NCBI GenBank assembly: GCA_964016885.1
Contig: OZ024751.1
Span: forward strand, 48,484,001-48,548,000
DNA: 64,000 nucleotides
Direction of reading: 5' to 3'
DNA from: Eledone cirrhosa
Lineage: Eukaryota
The notes under the pieces were generated by a model. That model was not told where the DNA came from, ran no database searches, and saw only the letters and a list, made by a program, of their open reading frames with translations. Positions 60,344 through 64,000 of the stretch are shown in pieces. The stretch's first letter is position 1. Every line of letters starts with the position of its first letter. A program made the position numbers and the translations under genes.

Positions 60344-60650
60344 CATCTAAAGAAATTAAGACAAACTTCTCCGACGAACAATCTCACAATCCCTCCCTCC
60401 CTTCCCATCTCTCTCTACTTGCCCCTCTCTATCACTGTCTATCTCTCTCTCCTTCCCCCCCCTCTATCACACTCATCTCTCTCTCTCTCTCTCTAGTTGC
60501 TTTAACTGGTAAACCACTCACATCGTTTATAGTGAAAAACCTCCAGAGAATTATATATTTATTATTGAAATCTGATTTATACTCTTTATACATTTATATA
60601 CAGTGGTGACGTGATGATGTGCTGAGATGTTCAGATCTGGTATGGCCGCC

Positions 60651-60714
<64 letters not shown>

Positions 60715-60817
60715 CATATATATATATATACATATATACATATATATATATATACATATGTACGGATGTCTTAACATATATATATGTGTATATATGTATG
60801 TATATAAATATATATAC

Positions 60818-60897
<80 letters not shown>

Positions 60898-61009
60898 GTA
60901 CGGATGTATTAACATATATATGTGTGCATATATGTATGTATATATATGCGTATGTATGCGTGTATGTATGTATCTATCATTAACATCATATTTTAATGTT
61001 CGGTTTTCT

Positions 61010-61051
<42 letters not shown>

Positions 61052-61070
61052 GGCGGCCAGGCCAGATCTG

Positions 61071-61160
<90 letters not shown>

Positions 61161-61219
61161 CATAAATATGTACGTATGAACACACACACATATATATATA
61201 TATATATTTTTTTTTTTAC

Positions 61220-61252
<33 letters not shown>

Positions 61253-61696
61253 GGTGTGTGAGTGTGTGGGTGTGTGTGTCTGTGTTTCTTACCTACATAA
61301 AATTTGGGAGACGATGATGTGTAGGTAGGTATATAGGTAGGAACCTGAAAGTTTGCTAAATGACTTACCAAGATAACGAAACATTACATACATTCAAAAA
61401 TATACAAATAGTCATATATATATACACACACATACACCCAAACATACACACACACCTCCGAACACATATACACACTCACGTGTACTGACTGTCGGATACA
61501 AACATATAGTCACATAAACATACGCATACATACATAATCAATCAATCCTTTGCATGGTAATATATATTTTTTATGTACACACTGTCATAGTACATTCGTA
61601 TATCTGTATGATATCTATCTACCTATCTCTCTCTCTCTATATATATATATATACATATACATACATAATTACCTATACACACATACGCACACACAG

Positions 61697-61728
<32 letters not shown>

Positions 61729-61820
61729 AAACAAACGCATATATAGATATAGAGGGTTAGATAAATAGATACATAGATTGAGAGATAGATTGAGAGATAT
61801 ACATATATATTTACATATAT

Positions 61821-61897
<77 letters not shown>

Positions 61898-61928
61898 GAT
61901 ATATATCTATATATATATATATATGTAC

Positions 61929-61983
<55 letters not shown>

Positions 61984-61997
61984 TATATATATATATT

Positions 61998-62053
<56 letters not shown>

Positions 62054-62171
62054 GATATATATCTCTCTCTCTATATATATATATGTACAGATATATATAT
62101 ATATATATATATAAATATATATATATAAACATATATATAAATATATGTATGTATATATGTACAGATATCCT

Positions 62172-62204
<33 letters not shown>

Positions 62205-62685
62205 GTGTGTATGTGTGTGTGTTTGGGTATGTCTGTATGTGGGTGCCTGTGTGTATGTATATGTGTATATTTGTGTATGTAAGTATGTGAGTATGCGTAT
62301 ATATGTCTATGTGCGTGTTCGAGGTTGTTTTTTTTAACAGATATGAGACCTCTACAAGAAATAACTAATATATATTGGCACTGAATGTTATTACTTTCTT
62401 ATTTCTCCTCAATTGTAATATTCCTGTTTACTGTGGTTTATATATCATTATTTATTTAAGTCGAATATACACATACAGAACTACCTACCTATCTCCATGT
62501 ATGTATGTATGTATGTATGTATGTATGTATGTATGTATGCATGTATGTATGTATGTATGTATGTATGTATGTATGTATGTATGTATGTATGTATGTATGT
62601 ATGTATGCATGTATGTATGTATGTATGTACATATATGTATATGTATATATGAATATATATGGGTGTATATATATATGTATGTATG

Positions 62686-62732
<47 letters not shown>

Positions 62733-62797
62733 ACATATATATATGTATAAATATATATATTTATATACATATATATATATACATATACATATATATT

Positions 62798-62872
<75 letters not shown>

Positions 62873-62899
62873 GTATATATATGCATATTTACACATATT

Positions 62900-62973
<74 letters not shown>

Positions 62974-63319
62974 AATATGTGTAAATATGTTGCTTTCTAT
63001 TATATATATATATATATGTATATATAATAGAAAGCAACATTTATTTTGCTCATTTATATTGAATATACGACCATGTTCTCGATGTATCGTTTTTTTTATT
63101 AGTGATTCTTGTAATTTCTTTACCGTTCTTTACAATTCCACAGACTGCATCGTTCCTAGATCTTCAATCTCTTATCTTCTCGATGTAGGTTCTGATGTTC
63201 AGCCTGAAATCATCTCTGAGTTTGCTGTTTTATATAGATGTAGCGTTACGTAATATCCTTTCATAATTTTCCTTTAATCAAATCCATATAGTGGGCTTTT
63301 AAAATGAAGCCATTATTTT

Positions 63320-63500
63320 TGGCAGTATCGGTAGAGGGTCGGACGCCATGTTTTCCAGCATAGAGGTACGTCCCTTTATGATCTGAGTTCAAATCCCGCC
63401 GAGGTTAACTTTGCCTTTCATCCTTACGGGCTCGATAAAATAAAGTACCAGTAATGCACTGGGTAATTGGTGGCCTTGTGCCTAAAGTGGAAACAATTAT
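63320..63500 (+). mobile_element. SINE family A
   Basis: Aligns to 4140-4321. Confidence 0.9.
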
Positions 63501-63771
63501 TTTATGTGTCATCCATAAGTTTTCAAACATTAGCCTTTTTTTTTTTAGTGTCAAACATACTTTATGCACGTCTGTTCAGATTATATAGAGAAATACAATG
63601 ATGTCAACTACTACAGCGAGAAACACCAAAATATGGCAATAAGAACAGACATGCATAAAGTATGTTTTATCTGATGAAAGCACACAAAACTTTGTGGCCT
63701 TGAAATACGTGTAATAAAATAAATATGGTATAATAAATGATATTTTACATTTATTAATATTTTTAATATTA

Positions 63772-63958
63772 ATAATTGTTTCTACTTTTGGTACAAGGCC
63801 ATCAATTACACAGTACATTACTGGTACTTCATTTTACCGACCTCGTAAGGATGAAAGGCAAAGTTAACCTCGGCGGGATTTGAACTCAGACCGTAAAGGG
63901 ACGTAACTATGCTGGAAAGTATGGCGTCCGACTCTCTACCGATACTGCCAATCCACAC
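63772..63958 (-). mobile_element. SINE family A, convergent with the preceding copy
   Basis: Reverse complement of 4132-4321. Confidence 0.9.
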
Positions 63959-64000
63959 CCACATATTTTTAATATTAATAATACTAACTTGTAATACTAA

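Overview
Eukaryotic, microsatellite-saturated, apparently intergenic or intronic DNA. The repeat content suggests a cephalopod (octopus-like) genome, which is inference. No intact host gene is recognisable, and nearly all ORF-track entries are translated (TA)n, (CA)n, (TAG)n or (CAT)n. Real coding remnants are two tandem Tx1/L1-clade LINE fragments in (GATA)n (15906-19479), a CRE-type endonuclease fragment (21171-21545) and a decayed Penelope-like element (PLE; RT + Cys4 linker + GIY-YIG, 26222-28790). The main unannotated signal is that the short unique islands between (TA)n tracts form a diverse set of non-coding retroelement-like units. About 20 carry type I hammerhead ribozyme (HHR) motifs read by eye, with palindromic stem III, often very long stem II, and natural core variants including a compensated U3-A8 form. 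Many share a 3' RCTC..GAGY stem-loop and occur as fold-back palindromes centred on the ribozyme's stem II. Several (TA)n tracts also have inverted duplications of flanking DNA. Together this suggests a (TA)n-targeted PLE/retrozyme system that generates palindromes. All folds were assigned manually and none was computed or tested.
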